The notes under the pieces are model-generated. The model ran no database searches. It was not told the DNA's origin and worked only from the letters and a program-made list of their open reading frames with translations. From Hemiscyllium ocellatum (lineage: Eukaryota), in the NCBI RefSeq assembly GCF_020745735.1, contig NC_083431.1, positions 43,118,496-43,182,495 of the forward strand: a stretch of DNA of 64,000 nt, written 5' to 3'. A program made the translations under genes and the position numbers. Shown in pieces: positions 14,009 to 27,319 of this stretch. Every line of letters begins with the position of its first letter. The first letter of the stretch is position 1.

Positions 14009-14180
14009 CTTCCTTACTGGAAACTTTTGTTTCAATGAGATCCTCATTGCGGCTCACTTTTCTTTTCACCTTCAGTCTGGCAAGTGCCGATTTTAATTGG
14101 GAACGATGTTTCATGATCAGTACTTTCCAAGTGCCACCACATTTCAAGCCCTTCCCAAAGAGGAAGTCATACACCAGTAC
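14009..14180 (-). CDS. NSUN5: NSUN5 coding exon 3
   Basis: 172 nt, cacag acceptor, GTATGG donor (phase 1). Encodes VLVYDFLFGKGLKCGGTWKVLIMKHRSQLKSALARLKVKRKVSRNEDLIETKVSSKE. Confidence 0.95.
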
Positions 14181-14628
14181 CTGTGTTTCAAAATTCAAAG
14201 TATCCTTTTTAAAGAACTGACTAGATCAACAATTTTATTTGCATAATTTTCACACAGGCAGAACAACATTCACAACTTCAAATACATCACTCTGCACATC
14301 ATCATCCTCTCCTTGCTTACGATGAAGACTTATTTCTAACTCAAACCCACTCTCCTAGACTGTGAAAATACTTTCCGATATCTTGCTGGCTTAGATTAGC
14401 CAGAAACTACACAGAACAAACATTTACCTTCAAACTATATACAAATAAATTTCACCATTTATTAATTTTCTTTACAACACCCAAGAGGTCATACTTCATC
14501 AGCTCCTAAAATAGGAGACAGAAAAGCCAAGACCCCTGCATCGATTAAGGAGAACCAATTTTTAATGTTAGTTTACCGAGGAAGAAATGTGATTGGTGCC
14601 AGTCAATGCCAATTATTGTTGCAGATTA

Positions 14629-14948
14629 TTAGATTAGATTAGATTAGACTTACAGTGTGGAAACAGGCCCTTCGGCCCAACAAGTCCACACCGACCCGCC
14701 GAAGCGCAACCCACCCATACCCCTACATTTACCCCTTACCTAACACTACGGGCAATTTAGCTTGGCCAATTCACCTGACCCGCACATCTTTGGACTGTGG
14801 GAGGAAACCGGAGCACCCGGAGGAAACCCACGCAGACACGGGGAGAACGTGCAAACTCCACACAGTCAGTCGCCTGAGTCGGGAATTGAACCCGGGTCTA
14901 CAGGTGCTGTGAGGCAGCAGTGCTAACCACTGTGCCACCGTGCCGCCC
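14629..14948 (-). mobile_element. HE1-like tRNA-derived SINE
   Basis: Minus strand GGGCGGCACGGTGGCACAGTGG (A box), GGTTCAATTCC (B box), V-like core, CR1-type tail and (TCTAA)n terminal repeat. Near-identical to the 46346 copy. Confidence 0.9.
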
Positions 14949-15097
14949 ACAAACCTGGAAGGAATTTATAAGTCTAAACAAGGTAACCATTGCTTGCTAT
15001 TGATATTTAACCTGAGGAGAATATCCTAGTAGGTAACAGTTAAAAGGGGAAGTCACCCTGAAAACACATGTCTACTTAGCAAGAAGAATGGTCATAC

Positions 15098-15220
15098 CTT
15101 GGCAACATTCATCTGCAACTTCTTCTCCTTCTTTAGCAAGTCTGATGTGGTAATAATTTCGTTCAACACAGATGTGTACTTCAGTGTTTCACACACCAGC
15201 GCAAAGAGCTGCTTAATGTT
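15098..15220 (-). CDS. NSUN5: NSUN5 coding exon 2
   Basis: 123 nt, ttttcag acceptor, GTATGA donor. Encodes NIKQLFALVCETLKYTSVLNEIITTSDLLKKEKKLQMNVAK (human NVKQLYALVCETQRYSAVL...). Confidence 0.95.
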
Positions 15221-15599
15221 CTGAAAAGCAGGAAAAAAAGTGACAATTTTTCTGCCCAATTCATCCCACCTACTTTTTTTTGTCCATTGTCAAGTTCTCT
15301 TGGTCCATGACTGGTTGGGAGAGGACACTCTGACCATGTTTTATCTCCTCCCTAACTATCCCTTGACAAGTTCAGAAGATAAATCCCCCTGCCCAACCAT
15401 CTCTTCCCCCCGTCCCCCCATCTGTATGAGTGTTTGGCCATCCAGTACCCCCAAAGACGGTTAAAACAAGTCAATTCCTGTCACCCACACGCTGTTCACT
15501 CTCACTCTCTCTCTGAGGGGATGAACCTGAACATGAGCTTCCCCCCCAGGGGTTAACAGTTCTGTATGATCACCATCACATTACACTGAGCTATGGATG

Positions 15600-15940
15600 A
15601 AGCGATGCTCCATTCCCGGCTCCTGGAGCCATGTGTCCGGCTGCCCTCACCCTCACCCTCACCTTGTGGCCGCTGTTATAAACCAGGGTTTTCACCGAGC
15701 CCCGTTTGCTCTCGACCTGCCCCAGGATGGCGGCCGCCTTCACATACAGAGCCATGGTCACCCCCTACCCCCGGGCTCGAGCTCGGGGTCAGGGGGCAGA
15801 GGGCACAGCCCACCTCCCGCTCTCCCCGACCCCTTTGCGACAAGGACGTAAACAGCGGCGCGTTCACTTTACGGCAGGAGGTTGAAGGGGCATGTTTCTG
15901 GTGATGAGGTACATCTCAAAACGGAAAGGAAACGACGTTA
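15600..15940. promoter_or_regulatory. CpG-rich promoter/first-exon region of NSUN5
   Basis: Local CpG and GC enrichment (cggccgcc, gcggcgcg, ccccgggctcgagctcgggg) around the NSUN5 ATG in an otherwise CpG-poor window. Confidence 0.75.
15663..15755 (-). CDS. NSUN5: NSUN5 coding exon 1 (start codon)
   Basis: ACCATGG Kozak, 93 nt, GTGAGG donor. Encodes MALYVKAAAILGQVESKRGSVKTLVYNSGHK (human MGLYAAAAGVLAGVESRQGSIKGLVYSSNFQ). Lies in a CpG-rich patch. Confidence 0.95.
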
Positions 15941-16379
15941 ATGTTGGAAACAAGAGTAAATGTTGTGTGTGTGTGTGTGAGAGAGATAAATAGATAGATG
16001 GGGAACAATGCTGGAATACTGACTCCGCAATAACAAGGTGACAGTAATATTGTGGTACGGCGCAGAAAGAAGCCAATTCAACAGCAAACAACACAACAGT
16101 ATTTTGCTGAATATTAACAGCACCCAACTCCACCTCACCGTCTTCCTTCTTAACCCCTCAATTGTCTCCTGAAACAACAGCCTGTTTATCTGACATCTAA
16201 TACTGGAGAAGCAGAAATTTCTTCCAATGAGGTATTGGGAAGACTGAAACCATTGCGTTTCTTTCCCTCCATTAAATATAATTCCCTCCTTAAGTAACCC
16301 CTTTCCCCTCCTTGGCGTCTGTCTGAGACCAAATTGGACAGTTGCTGTATTTCACACCACAATGAGCTTCTGATCACAT

Positions 16380-16715
16380 AGAATCCCAACAGTGTGGAAA
16401 CAGACCATTGAGCCCACACCAACCGTCACAAGAGCATCCCACCCAGATCCACCTGCCTACCCCAATCCTGTAACCCTATGTTTGACCAGGGAGATTTCAT
16501 CTAGCCTGCACATCCCTGGTAATTACGGGCAATTTAGCATAACCTATCCACCTAAACTGCATGTCTTTGGACTTGGAGGGAAAAAAAACAGAGCACCTGG
16601 AGGGGATTCGCAGAGACACAGGGAGAAGGTGCAAACTTCACACAGACAGTTGCCTGAGAGTTCAATGGAATCTGGGTCTCTGGCACTGAGTTAGCAGTGC
16701 TAACCACTCAGCCAC
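16380..16715 (-). mobile_element. HE1-like SINE (diverged)
   Basis: Colinear with the 14629 copy. Confidence 0.8.
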
Positions 16716-16849
16716 ACAACATAGCCGCAACTTCCTGTTACACACATCTCGGCTCATCTGTTGCTGACACTCATGTTTACGTCTTTATTATCTGTAGACT
16801 CAACTATTTCACTCAGGCTTGGCTGGTCTTCCATAACGCCGTGCAAGGT

Positions 16850-18195
16850 GGCAACAGACACTTTGGCCCAACTCATGCATGCAGGCCAGGTTTCCTTAAC
16901 TGAATTAATACCACTTGCCTGCATTTGACCCATAGCCCTGTAAACCTTTTCTATTAATATACCTGTCCAAATGTCTTAAATGGTGTAATAAGATTAAAAA
17001 TCACAACACCAAGTTATAGTCCAATAGGTTTATTTGGAAGGATAAGCTTTCAGAGTGCTGCTCATTCATCAGGTAGCTGTCACATTGTACTCACTTCTAC
17101 CATTTCCTTGAGCAGCTTGTTCTGTATATACACCACCTTGTGCATGAAAAAGTTGCCCCTCAGATCCCTTTTAAATCTTTCCCCTCACATCTTAACCTAT
17201 GCCCTATAGGTTTTGGACTCCCCTATCCTAAGGAAAACAACTTGGCTATTCATGTTATCTATTCCCTTCATGACTTTATAAACCCCTCAGCCTCTTACAG
17301 TCCAGGGAAAAAGTCCCAGTCTGTCTAGCCTCTCCTTAAAACTCAAAATCCTCCAGTCACAGTAACAGCCTTGTACATCTTTTTGCACTCTCTCCAGTTT
17401 AATAACAATCTTCCTCGAGCAAGGGGACCAGAATTGTAGGCAGTACTCCAAATGTGACCTTACCGGTGTCTTTTGGAGCTGTAATATGACATTTCCTGTA
17501 CTCATTGCTCTGGCCATTGAAGGCAAGTGTGCTAAATGCCTTCTTTACCACCCTATCTAGCTGTGACAACACTTTCAAGCAAATATGTACCTGCATCCCA
17601 GATCTCTCTTTTCAACAACATTCCCTAGGGCCTTACCATTAACTATGTAAGTGCTGCCCTGGTTTGTCTTATCAAAATGCAACACCATGCGTTTATCTAA
17701 ATTAAACTCCATCTGCCATTCCTTGGCTTCCTGGCCCAGTTGATCAGGATCCATTGAACTCTTAGATAATCTTCTTCACTGTCCACTATACCATCAATTT
17801 TTGTGTTATTCACAAACTAAATAACCATGCCTTCTATATTCTCATCTAAATTGTTTGTGTACATGATAAACAACAGTGGACCAAGCACTGATCCTTGTGG
17901 CACACCGCTGGTCACAGGCCTTCAGTCTGAACAATAATCCTCTACCACCACCCTCTGTCTTGTACAGTCAAGCCAATTTTGTACCCAATTGGTTAGCTCT
18001 CCCTGGATCCCATGTGATCTAATTTTATTAACCAGTCTATCATGCGGAAGCTATTCAAAGGTCTGCTAAAGTCCACGCAGACAATGCCTACTGCACTGCC
18101 TTCATCTAGCTTCTCGGTCACCACTTCAAAAAACTTAATCAAGTTTGTGAGACATGATTTCCCACACACAAAGCCATGTTGACTATCCCTAATCC
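16850..18195 (-). mobile_element. CR1 3' portion
   Basis: VRSHLEYCLQFWSP, KLERVQK, SFKERLDRLGLF and GVPQGS-like DNA; interrupted at 16989-17083. Confidence 0.85.
16989..17083 (-). mobile_element. short PLE-terminal element with hammerhead motif (family C)
   Basis: Minus strand CCTGATGA-AT-GAG-CAGCA-CTC-T-GAAAGCTT, followed by CCAAATAAACCTATTGGACTATAACTTGGTGTTG. Inserted into the CR1. Confidence 0.7.
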
Positions 18196-18861
18196 ATATT
18201 ATTCCATATGTCTATGCCTGAGCTCGTTGATCTACACTGATCCCCAATTAAGCAATGCCTCAACTTAAAACTTCACGTCCTTATTTTCAAATCCCTCTAT
18301 AGTCTTCCACTATCCTATTTCTGCAATCTCCTGCAGCCCACAATCCTCAGATATCTGTCCCTATCTAAGTTTGGCTTCTTGAGCATCCCATATGTTACTT
18401 GCTTCAGCATTGCTGCTAATATCTTTGGCTTCACCAAGACTCTAAACACTGGATATCTCTCCATTTCTCTTTGCTCCTTTAAGATTCTCCTTCAAACCTC
18501 CCTCAATCAAATGTTTGGACTGTTGCCTATTTGTCTCCTAATGTGGCTTCTCTGAAATGCCTTCTGGCATTTTATGACATTAAAGATGCTAAACGCTGGT
18601 TATTATTGTTGGACAAGCTGTACATCCTCTGGGGTTTATAACAATTGCTTCAACAAGGTGAAAAACAGTGGTGCTTTATAAAAATAGTTCTAGAAATTTA
18701 AAAACACACCTGTAAAGTGCACGTCTCAGAGGTGATGTCTCCACCAATCACATGAACATTGTTGGCCAGGTACACATTAATATGATATGACTGGATCTAT
18801 TTAAGGAACTAGGGAGGTCCCACACAATAAATAGTTCTATAATACTTTAATTTTTTTTATA

Positions 18862-19177
18862 AAATCCCTACAGTGTGGAAACAGGCCCTTCAGCCCAACA
18901 AATCCACACCGACACATCGAAGAGTAACCCACCCAGACCCATTCCCCCTACCTCGTATTTACCCCTGACTAATGCACTTAACCTACACATCCCTGAACAC
19001 TATGGGCAATCTAATATACCCAATTCACCTAAACTGCACATCTTTGGACTGTGGGAGGAAACCTACGCAGAGACGGGGAGAATGTGCAAATTCTACACAG
19101 ACAGTCGCCTGAGGCTGGAATCAAACCCGGGTCCCTGGCGCCCTGAGGCAGCAGTGCTAACCACTGAGCCACAGTGC
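18862..19177 (-). mobile_element. HE1-like SINE
   Basis: Colinear with the 14629 copy; A/B boxes at the right end. Confidence 0.85.
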
Positions 19178-19614
19178 TTTTCCTTAAATAGATCCAGTCA
19201 CATCATGTTAATCTGTACTAATTATTTTGTTTCAGAACTGAAGCTATCTATGATAACAACAAATAAATGAATGCTTGAATTGATCAGATGATATTGGTCG
19301 ATGGAAATAAAAGATTGGAGTACAATGTGTCGTGCAACAGTAAAGTAGACAACCTGGATTGTCCTGCTGCGGAAAGTATTACAATTATGGGTGTAATTCA
19401 CATCCTTTTATCTTGCGTATTGTCAGAGATTCAGTATCTTAAGTTTACTGTATGTTTTGGCTCCTGTATGTGCTGACTTTGACCTCCAGTATCGACAGTC
19501 CTGAGTTTAACTAGGATCCTCCTAGTTTCTAAATTTGTGTAATGACACAGTTAAATTGTACTTTGGAGCTTCAGATAAGGTATTAAACAAAGGTACATCT
19601 TAACTGCCATGTTA

Positions 19615-19914
19615 GGGGCGGAATGGTGGCTCAGTGGTCAGCACTGCTGCCTCACAGTGCCAGGAACCCGGGTTCAATTCCCGCCTCGGGCAACTGTTTG
19701 TGTGGAGTTTGCGCATTGTCTGTACGGGTTTCCTCCGGGTGCTCCGGTTTCCTCCCACAATCCAAAGATGTGCAGGTTAGGTGAATTGGCCATGCTAAAT
19801 TGCCTGTAATGTTAGGTACAGGGGTAAATGGCCTGGCTGGGTTGCTCTTCGGAGTGTCGATATGGACTTGTTGGACCAGAGGGCCTGTTTCCACACTGTA
19901 GGGAATCTAATCTA
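19615..19914 (+). mobile_element. HE1-like SINE
   Basis: TGGCTCAGTGG A box, GGTTCAATTCC B box, TCTAATCTA tail. Confidence 0.88.
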
Positions 19915-20085
19915 CTGAACAAAGTATTATGTAGCATATTTTAAAGGTGGTAAGTGATTCTGTTTTTAGAAATGTAGAAGTGCCAACAAAAGCTTGCATA
20001 CATGTAACACCTTTAATACAATAGAATATTTCAAGACACTTTGCAGGAGCAATCTCAAATATAATTTGACAATGATTGATAGAAG

Positions 20086-20903
20086 AACGTGAGGACCGCA
20101 TATACTGGAGATCAGAGTCGAAAAGTGTGGCACTGAAAAGCACAGCACATCAGGCAGCATCCGAGGAGCAGGAGAGACGACACTTTGGGCATAAGCCCTT
20201 CGTCATGAATGTGGAGGGATGCCCCCAGGGGGCTGAGAGGTAAATGGGAGAGGGGTGAGAAGGTGCCTAGGAATGCAATAGTTAGATGAAAGTGGGGGTG
20301 ATGCCAATAGGTTGGAGTGGAGGGTGGAGGCGATAGGTGGGAAGGAAGATGGAGAGGTAGAGCAGTTCAAGAGAGTGGTGCCAAATTGGAAGGTTGGATC
20401 TGGGATAAGGTGGGGGAGCAGAGATGAGGAAACTAGTGACATTGACATTGATCCTGTGTGGTTGGAGAGTCCCAAGGCAGAAAATGAGGCATTCCTCCTC
20501 CAGACGTTGGGTGGCTCGCATTTGGCTGTTGAGGATGCCCAGGACTTGCATGTCCTTGGCCAAGGGGAAGTGGGAGTAGGAGTTGAAGTGTTCAGCCACA
20601 GGATTGTTTAGTGCGTGTGTCCCAGAGATGTTCCCTGAAACATTCCGTAAGTTGGCATCCTGTCTCTCCAATGTAGAGGAGACCACATCGAGAGCAACAG
20701 ATACAATAGCTGAAGTGTTTGGGTGTGCAGAAAATTCTCTGCTGGATGTGGAAAGATCCTTTGGGGCCTTGGATGCACCCCCGCCCCCCCAACATAATCA
20801 CCACCACACACACACACATTCCTCATGAAGGGCTTATGCCTGAAAGGTCGACTCTCCTGCTCCTCAGATGCTGCCTGACCTGCGCTTTTCCAGCGCAACA
20901 CCT
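20086..20903 (-). mobile_element. 5'-truncated Neptune-type Penelope-like element with inverted terminal copy
   Basis: GIY-YIG remnant (YCICCSRCGLLYIGETG, FREH, QRLEEECLIFCLGTLQP). Inverted HHR-containing arm at 20817-20900; 21-bp TSD TTTGACAATGATTGATAGAAG at 20065-20085 and 20904-20924. Confidence 0.9.
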
Positions 20904-20924
20904 TTTGACAATGATTGATAGAAG

Positions 20925-21040
20925 TTAGGAGCAAAGTACTGCAGATGCTGGAATCTGTACGGAAATCACAGTGGGTCAAACAGCATTCATGGAGAGAGAG
21001 CAAGTTAACATTTCGAGTCTAAATGACTCTTCATCAGAGC
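20925..21040 (-). mobile_element. short PLE-terminal element with hammerhead motif
   Basis: Minus strand CTGATGA-A-GAGTC-ATTTA-GACTC-GAAATGTT-AAC; ends in CCAGCATCTGCAGT like the other PLE ends. Confidence 0.75.
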
Positions 21041-21499
21041 TCAGACATTTCTTTAATACCTGATCAGAGCCTCCAATGTACAACCTAGCTGTCTCTCAAC
21101 ATAAATTCAAAAACTTAAGAGGATCCTAGTTAAACTCAGGACTGCAGATGCTGGAGATCAGAGTCAGCACAGAAGTTAGACTGCTGACTAAAAGTTTGGT
21201 AAAAGAAGTAATCTTTAAGGAGCGTCTTAAATGAGAAATATGAGAGGCAAAAGTTCAGGGTGGGAATGCTGAAAGGTTAAGCGACAGGAAGTGATAAGCA
21301 TCTGCAACACTGATGAAGTAATTAAAATCAGGGGTGTGGGAGAGGCCAGATTTGGAGGAGAACATTGTTCCCAGCTGGTTAGGGATGGTTGTGGCTTGAA
21401 AACATTGCAAATAGTGAGATGGGTGGTGCTACACCATGATTTGAAAACAAGGTTGCTGAACCAGGAGCTTGCCAGGGGTGATGGGTGAATGGGACTAGA

Positions 21500-21528
21500 T
21501 GTTAGTTAGTTAGTTAGTTAGTTAGTTA
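21500..21528. repeat. (GTTA)n microsatellite
   Basis: gttagttagttagttagttagttagttag. Confidence 0.9.
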
Positions 21529-23189
21529 GGATACAGACTGCAGAGATTTGGATGATCTGAATCTTACAGCGAGTACAATATGAGAGATTTCTTGATTAGT
21601 AAGAGGATCAAAGATTATGGGGAGAAGGCATGCAGTTGAGAAATATATCTGCCATGACCGAATGGTGGAGCAGATTCGATGGACCAAATGGCCTCATTCT
21701 GCTCATGTATCTTATGGGAGGCTGGCCAAAGGTGCATTGGAATAGTCAAATTTAGCAGTAACGCACAAGTTATTAGTTAACGTACTTAGTTCAGTCGACT
21801 AGTCGACGATGCAAAGCGATGTTAAAAGTACAGATTCAGCTAATAGCAGTGCCTTCTCAATTTAACCCTGCCTGAGGTATGGTTACCCTTAGATTAAATT
21901 CACCATAAGTAGTAGGGGTATCTATTGAGAGAGCAGCCTATGATGCTGTGGGATTATTTCACCGCTTCATGAAGTATCTTTAATGTCAAACTATATGAAG
22001 GTTTCAGCAGCAGATAAACTAATATTGGGATGGAATTAGTGATATTGTATAGGTGAAAGTAAATGATCTTAAGATAGAGAGTACTTGAGGTTGGATGCTC
22101 AGCTCAGAGTCAAATAGCACTCCAATATTGTGATTAGTTTTACTTTGGTTTAGACAATGGCCATGGAGAGAGATGAAGCATCTGGATAAGGAATCTGGTT
22201 TGTGGCAAGACAATAGCTTCAACCTTCCCTGTCTATAATTGGCCAAACTTACTGCACGCCCAACAATTACCTTCACTGGCTCAGTGTGTTTTTGGGGCAG
22301 TCAGACAAATGTGGCTAATTTCTAACTCGGCTGAGGCCCTCTGCACAATGTTGCAATATAATTGGTCCCAAGCCCTTTTCTCAATTCCCCTCCTCAGTGA
22401 GATTAGTAGCTAGGCTTCCTGTCATTCTCTCCTCTTTGGTCCCTTCCCAGCCCTCTGCTGAGAGAAAGCTTACCTCCTACCCTCACATTGAGAGAATTTT
22501 ATCATTCTGAATTATTTTTGGTACTTAAGCTTTTCCCACTCACTTATGTTTCATCCCATCCTTGGGACTTTCTCTGCCTATTCCTAACTCCTTCTCATCC
22601 ATTTTCCTTCTCACTCCTTCACTCCCATATTCTCTTCCTTTTGCCATTTCTCAGTTCTCCTTAACACCTACCTTTTTCCTCTTCTTCCTCTCTTCCCTTC
22701 TGCTCTGTATCTCCTGTCCCTAACTCAGGGGTCAGAAAGGACATTTCCAAAATTGAGTGTTAGCTTTTTGTCTCTCCCAGGAGATATGAATTATTTTGAT
22801 TTGATTTATTTATTGTCATGTGTATTGGGTGTGTATATAGATTGCTAAGGGGTTAAGTTGCACGGACCATTTGCTCTAGTTCTTCAGCACTTATTTGTCT
22901 AACAAGACTCCGAGAAGTGACAGTCCTCTTATTGTTTGTTTAAACATTACCATGAAGTTAAACTCGTGAAAAACGGCTTCTGTTTATTCATAAACTTTGT
23001 ACAAACTAAACCAGTTCACTGCTCCACAATTTTGTACTGCAGTCAATCCAAATGCATGATGCATATCTTGGTGTTTTTGTGAATGATCACAATTTCTAGT
23101 TAAAAAGAAAATTAACTTACATCGTGTCATTCCCAAACTCAGAGCGTCTTGCTTTACAGATAAAGAAGAAGCATTGCCATTGTTGTCAG

Positions 23190-23480
23190 GTAGGAAATGC
23201 ATAGCAAACTCCCCATAAATTGCAATTAAATAAATAACTCGTTTAGGTGGTGGTTCAGGGCTAATTATTAACTGAAGGCTAATCTGTGCCAGTGAGGATA
23301 TTGAGATGTCACTTTGAGTAGAACTATGGGATCTGTTATATCCTGCAGTGAGGGCAGACAGGCCTTTGATTTAATGTGTCATCCAATGACGAAGTTCCTA
23401 CAATAGCCCTCACTCAGCAATGCACTAAAGATCATGCCAGCCTCATATAATGTAGCCACACGTCTGGAGGGGGACTTACC
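23190..23480 (-). mobile_element. Deu-domain SINE upstream of TRIM50 coding exon
   Basis: ATGGGATCT...GAGGGCAGACAGGCCTTTGATTTAATGTGTCATCCAA is the reverse of the Deu core seen at 59280-59350. Confidence 0.6.
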
Positions 23481-23905
23481 ACAGCAAAAAGTGTGTTAGC
23501 ATCAGCCAGTGACAGCAATAAAACAACAGAAGTAGATGTTGAATAGTAAATGTACTCTGTAGTCCATAGGGATGCCTAATAAAATAAAGGTATAACACTA
23601 AACTCTTAAGTTCGTGACATGAGGTGTCAGAAAACAGCCACTACCTGTAGAATTGCAATTATGTTTCAGAGAGAAAATTTAGAATAGAGAGAAAGGAGAT
23701 AATAGCAAAAATGAAGAGAGTTGAACATTTCAAAGACAGGCACTGAAGTGACCTAATTGTACTGGAATCTGCAATGTAAAAAAAGCAGTTTGAATGAAAA
23801 CAAGATCATATGATTATGGTGCCCAAAGGTACCTTTCTCCATCCTGCAGGAACACCGATAAAGGCTGCAGCCGAGTCAACACAAGGAGAGGGTAATTACA
23901 GTTGA

Positions 23906-24403
<498 letters not shown>

Positions 24404-24619
24404 TGAAAACTAATACAGTAGAGTGCAGCACAAATAGTTAAAGCCATGAAAGTAATTTGCAAAATCAGTTGTCATATCAAAGATTCATGGCAAAGGCTGA
24501 AGCAGATTGTTACCAGTTTAATGATCAAGCTTGGCTTGTTTACCATTAAGTGAGGAAAGAAATTTTAAAATATCTTAGTGTTTGAAAGTAGTGGGCCAGG
24601 GTCCACAATGGACCTAGCT

Positions 24620-25100
24620 TGCACGTGACCTGTAATCTTTTATCTCAATTTGTATTGATGAGTCCATGACCTAATGCTATGAACTGGAATAGTGCTGAAT
24701 GGGAATATAGGGTCCTGAGTATGTGTCATCTGAAATATTAATTTAGAATATCATTGACTGGAAATGCAAGTATATTTTGTTTTTTTTTGGAAAGAACACA
24801 TTGCAAAACAAAGTAGACATGCTGCAGCAGGGTTAAATGTTGCATTTGCGAAGAACACAAGTTGCCCATCGGGAGTCACTGAATCTGCAACTCCTTCAGA
24901 GAAAGGTCACATGACCAGGCTTTGTCAGTGAAATAAATAGTTTTGGGTTTGCACACAGAGTTAGAGATAATGTGGACTGAGTAACAGCCTATGCCTTCCT
25001 TCTCTTTTTTTCTGGAAGCCTTCTTATCAAAGTTTGAGAGTCGAAAATTGACTGGAAGACCTTATCACTGCAAGTGGAGGTTTCAGTTGGAAGATTTTAC
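24620..25100. repeat. unclassified dispersed repeat (possible old solo LTR), copy 1
   Basis: Colinear in the same orientation with 61440-61860 (CATTGACTGG, TTTTTGGAAAGAACAC, CACTGAATCT, CCTTCAGA..AGGTCACAT, ACTGGAAG..CT..TCACT). Confidence 0.65.
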
Positions 25101-25224
25101 ATCAACACCATCTCCAGAAATGCTGCATTTATAGGTAACACCCCTGTTTGGAGGAGTAATAAATGTGCATGTACAGAAACAGCATTGCAGTGAACTCATA
25201 CAGTTGAAGAATCACAGATTTTGG

Positions 25225-26282
25225 ACCATTAGGCATGTGCCACAGGAATAGGAGTAAGCAGTTTGGCCCTTCAAACGTCTCTGGCATTCAGTAGGATCAT
25301 GGTTGATCCAACATTTCTCAGGACCATTTACCTGACTTTTCACCAGAACCCTTGATTCCACGACTATTCAAGGATCTATCTATCTCAGCCTTAAACATTC
25401 GCAAGGCCTCACCGCTAACATCAACACTCCTATTATTCCTAATAAGACCATAAGATATAGGAACAGGAGTAGACCATTCAGCTTGCTCCACCATTCGGTA
25501 GGATCATGGCTGATCTAACATTCTTTATGTCCACTTTCCTATTACTGTTGACTGATCAAGAATCCAATCAGCCTTAAATGTACACAAGGACTCCTCCCCC
25601 ACAGCTCTCTGTGGCAAGAAATTCCAAAGACTCAGAATATTCAGAGTGAAGAAATTCCTTCTTGTCTCAGTTTTAAATTGACACCCTTAATTCTGAGACT
25701 GTGCTCTCTGGTCCTAGACTCTCCTGTAAGTAGAAATATTACCTCAGCATTTACCCAGTCAAGACCCTTTAGAATCCTATGTTTCAATGAGATCATCTCT
25801 CATTGTTCTAAATTTCAATGTGTAGAGTCCAACCTTTGAAATCTTTGCTTATAAGGCAACCGCTGTATCGAGATTCATCTCAATGAACCTTCTCTGAACT
25901 GCCTCCAGTGAAATAAAATATTTTCTTAAATCAAAGGACCAAAACTGTTTGCAGTATTCCAGATATGATCTCACCGGCACTTTGTACAATTGTACTAAGA
26001 CTTCCATATTCTTTCTTATGCTCCAGTCCCCTTGAAATAAGGGCCAGCATTCCATTAGCCTTCCTGATTAGCTGCTGTGTCTGTGTGCCAGCTTTCTGTG
26101 TTTTGTGCATGAGTTTCCCAAGTCCCCTTTGTTTTGTAACTTTCTGCAGTTTTTCTCCATTTAAATAATACTGTTCTTGTGTTCTCCCTTCCAAAATGAA
26201 CAACTTCTAGTTTCCCCACATTATACTCCCTTTGCCAACTTTTTTACCCTCTTGTTTAACTTATCAATATCTCTGTATAAAC
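25225..26282 (-). mobile_element. CR1 3' fragments
   Basis: LYKVPVRSYLEYCKQFWS, KANGMLALISRGLEH; two stacked 3' ends. Confidence 0.8.
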
Positions 26283-26290
26283 TGGTCTGG

Positions 26291-26393
26291 AGTTCTGAGG
26301 AAGGGTCACCGGACCCAAAATGTAAACTCTGATTTCTGTTCACAGATGTTTCCAGAGCTGCTGGGCATTTCCAGCATCTTCTGTTTTTGTTTC
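26291..26393 (+). mobile_element. short PLE-terminal element, hammerhead family B (degenerate)
   Basis: AGTT-CTGAGGA-A-GGGTC-ACCG-GACCC-AAAATGTA-AACT. Confidence 0.7.
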
Positions 26394-27039
26394 TGCCTTG
26401 AAAGATTAATCTTTAAAATGACACATAAGGTGATGCCTTTTACAACTTCATAACTTTTAAACCTAAGTCCAATGTTTCAGTGAATTTGTAATTGTGGAAT
26501 GTAATGCTTATTAACAATTATGTAGAAATAATGACTTAATAGAGAAGATTTATCTGTGGAGATTTACTGAATGTTTACACTGGCTCTTCACAATAAGAAC
26601 TATGCTTTTGTAACTCAAAAACAAGAATGACAGCTTTGTTCTAGCAAAGGAATTCATTGCTTGACTTGAACGTAGACTGTTTCTTAATAAATTTGCTACA
26701 CTATGTTTTGGATGGATATAGTTCTGATTATTTAATATTTTAAAATATAATTTATTTATATTGTCACTTGGAGGATTTAACATCAACACCATTTCCAAAG
26801 GTTAGAAGTTTTCTTTTTTAAAATAATAATTACCTAATATTTTGTGCTCAATTTCTGGAGCTGCTATATCCTCACAGCCACAGTTTTTGTTTTTTGTTAG
26901 AACTTCCCTGTTTATTCTACTTACCTTTCCTTGCAATTCTAGCTACTGTGTCATGAATTAATTATCACTTACGCAATTGAAATTTCAAAGATTAGTGGTC
27001 ATGACTGCTTTCTTTTACATTTGATCAAAAGCCAGATTA

Positions 27040-27262
27040 CTGCACACAGAGGGTGGTACGTGAATGGAATGAATTGCCAGAAGTGGTGGAAGCTGGTACA
27101 ACTGCAACATTTAAGAGGCATTTGGATGGGTATATGAATAAGAGGGGCTTGGAGGGATATGGGCCGGATGCTGGCAGGTGGGATTAGATTGGGTTGGGAT
27201 ATCTGGTCAGCATGGACGGGTTGGAGCGAAGGGTCTGTTTCCATGCTGTACATCTCTATGAC
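27040..27262 (+). mobile_element. CR1 (HER1-like) 3' end
   Basis: Near-identical to 54370-54590. Confidence 0.85.
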
Positions 27263-27319
27263 TTGAAACCAGCTTTAGTGCTTTTAACAATAATAAGTTA
27301 TAAGAAACAAAATAGTTCC

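Noticed and set aside
14655-14912. Recurrent 'LDCGRKPEHPEETH' / 'METGPSAQQ' ORFs (also 16392, 18875, 19652, 46312)
   Set aside because: Antisense reading of HE1 SINEs, not a protein family.
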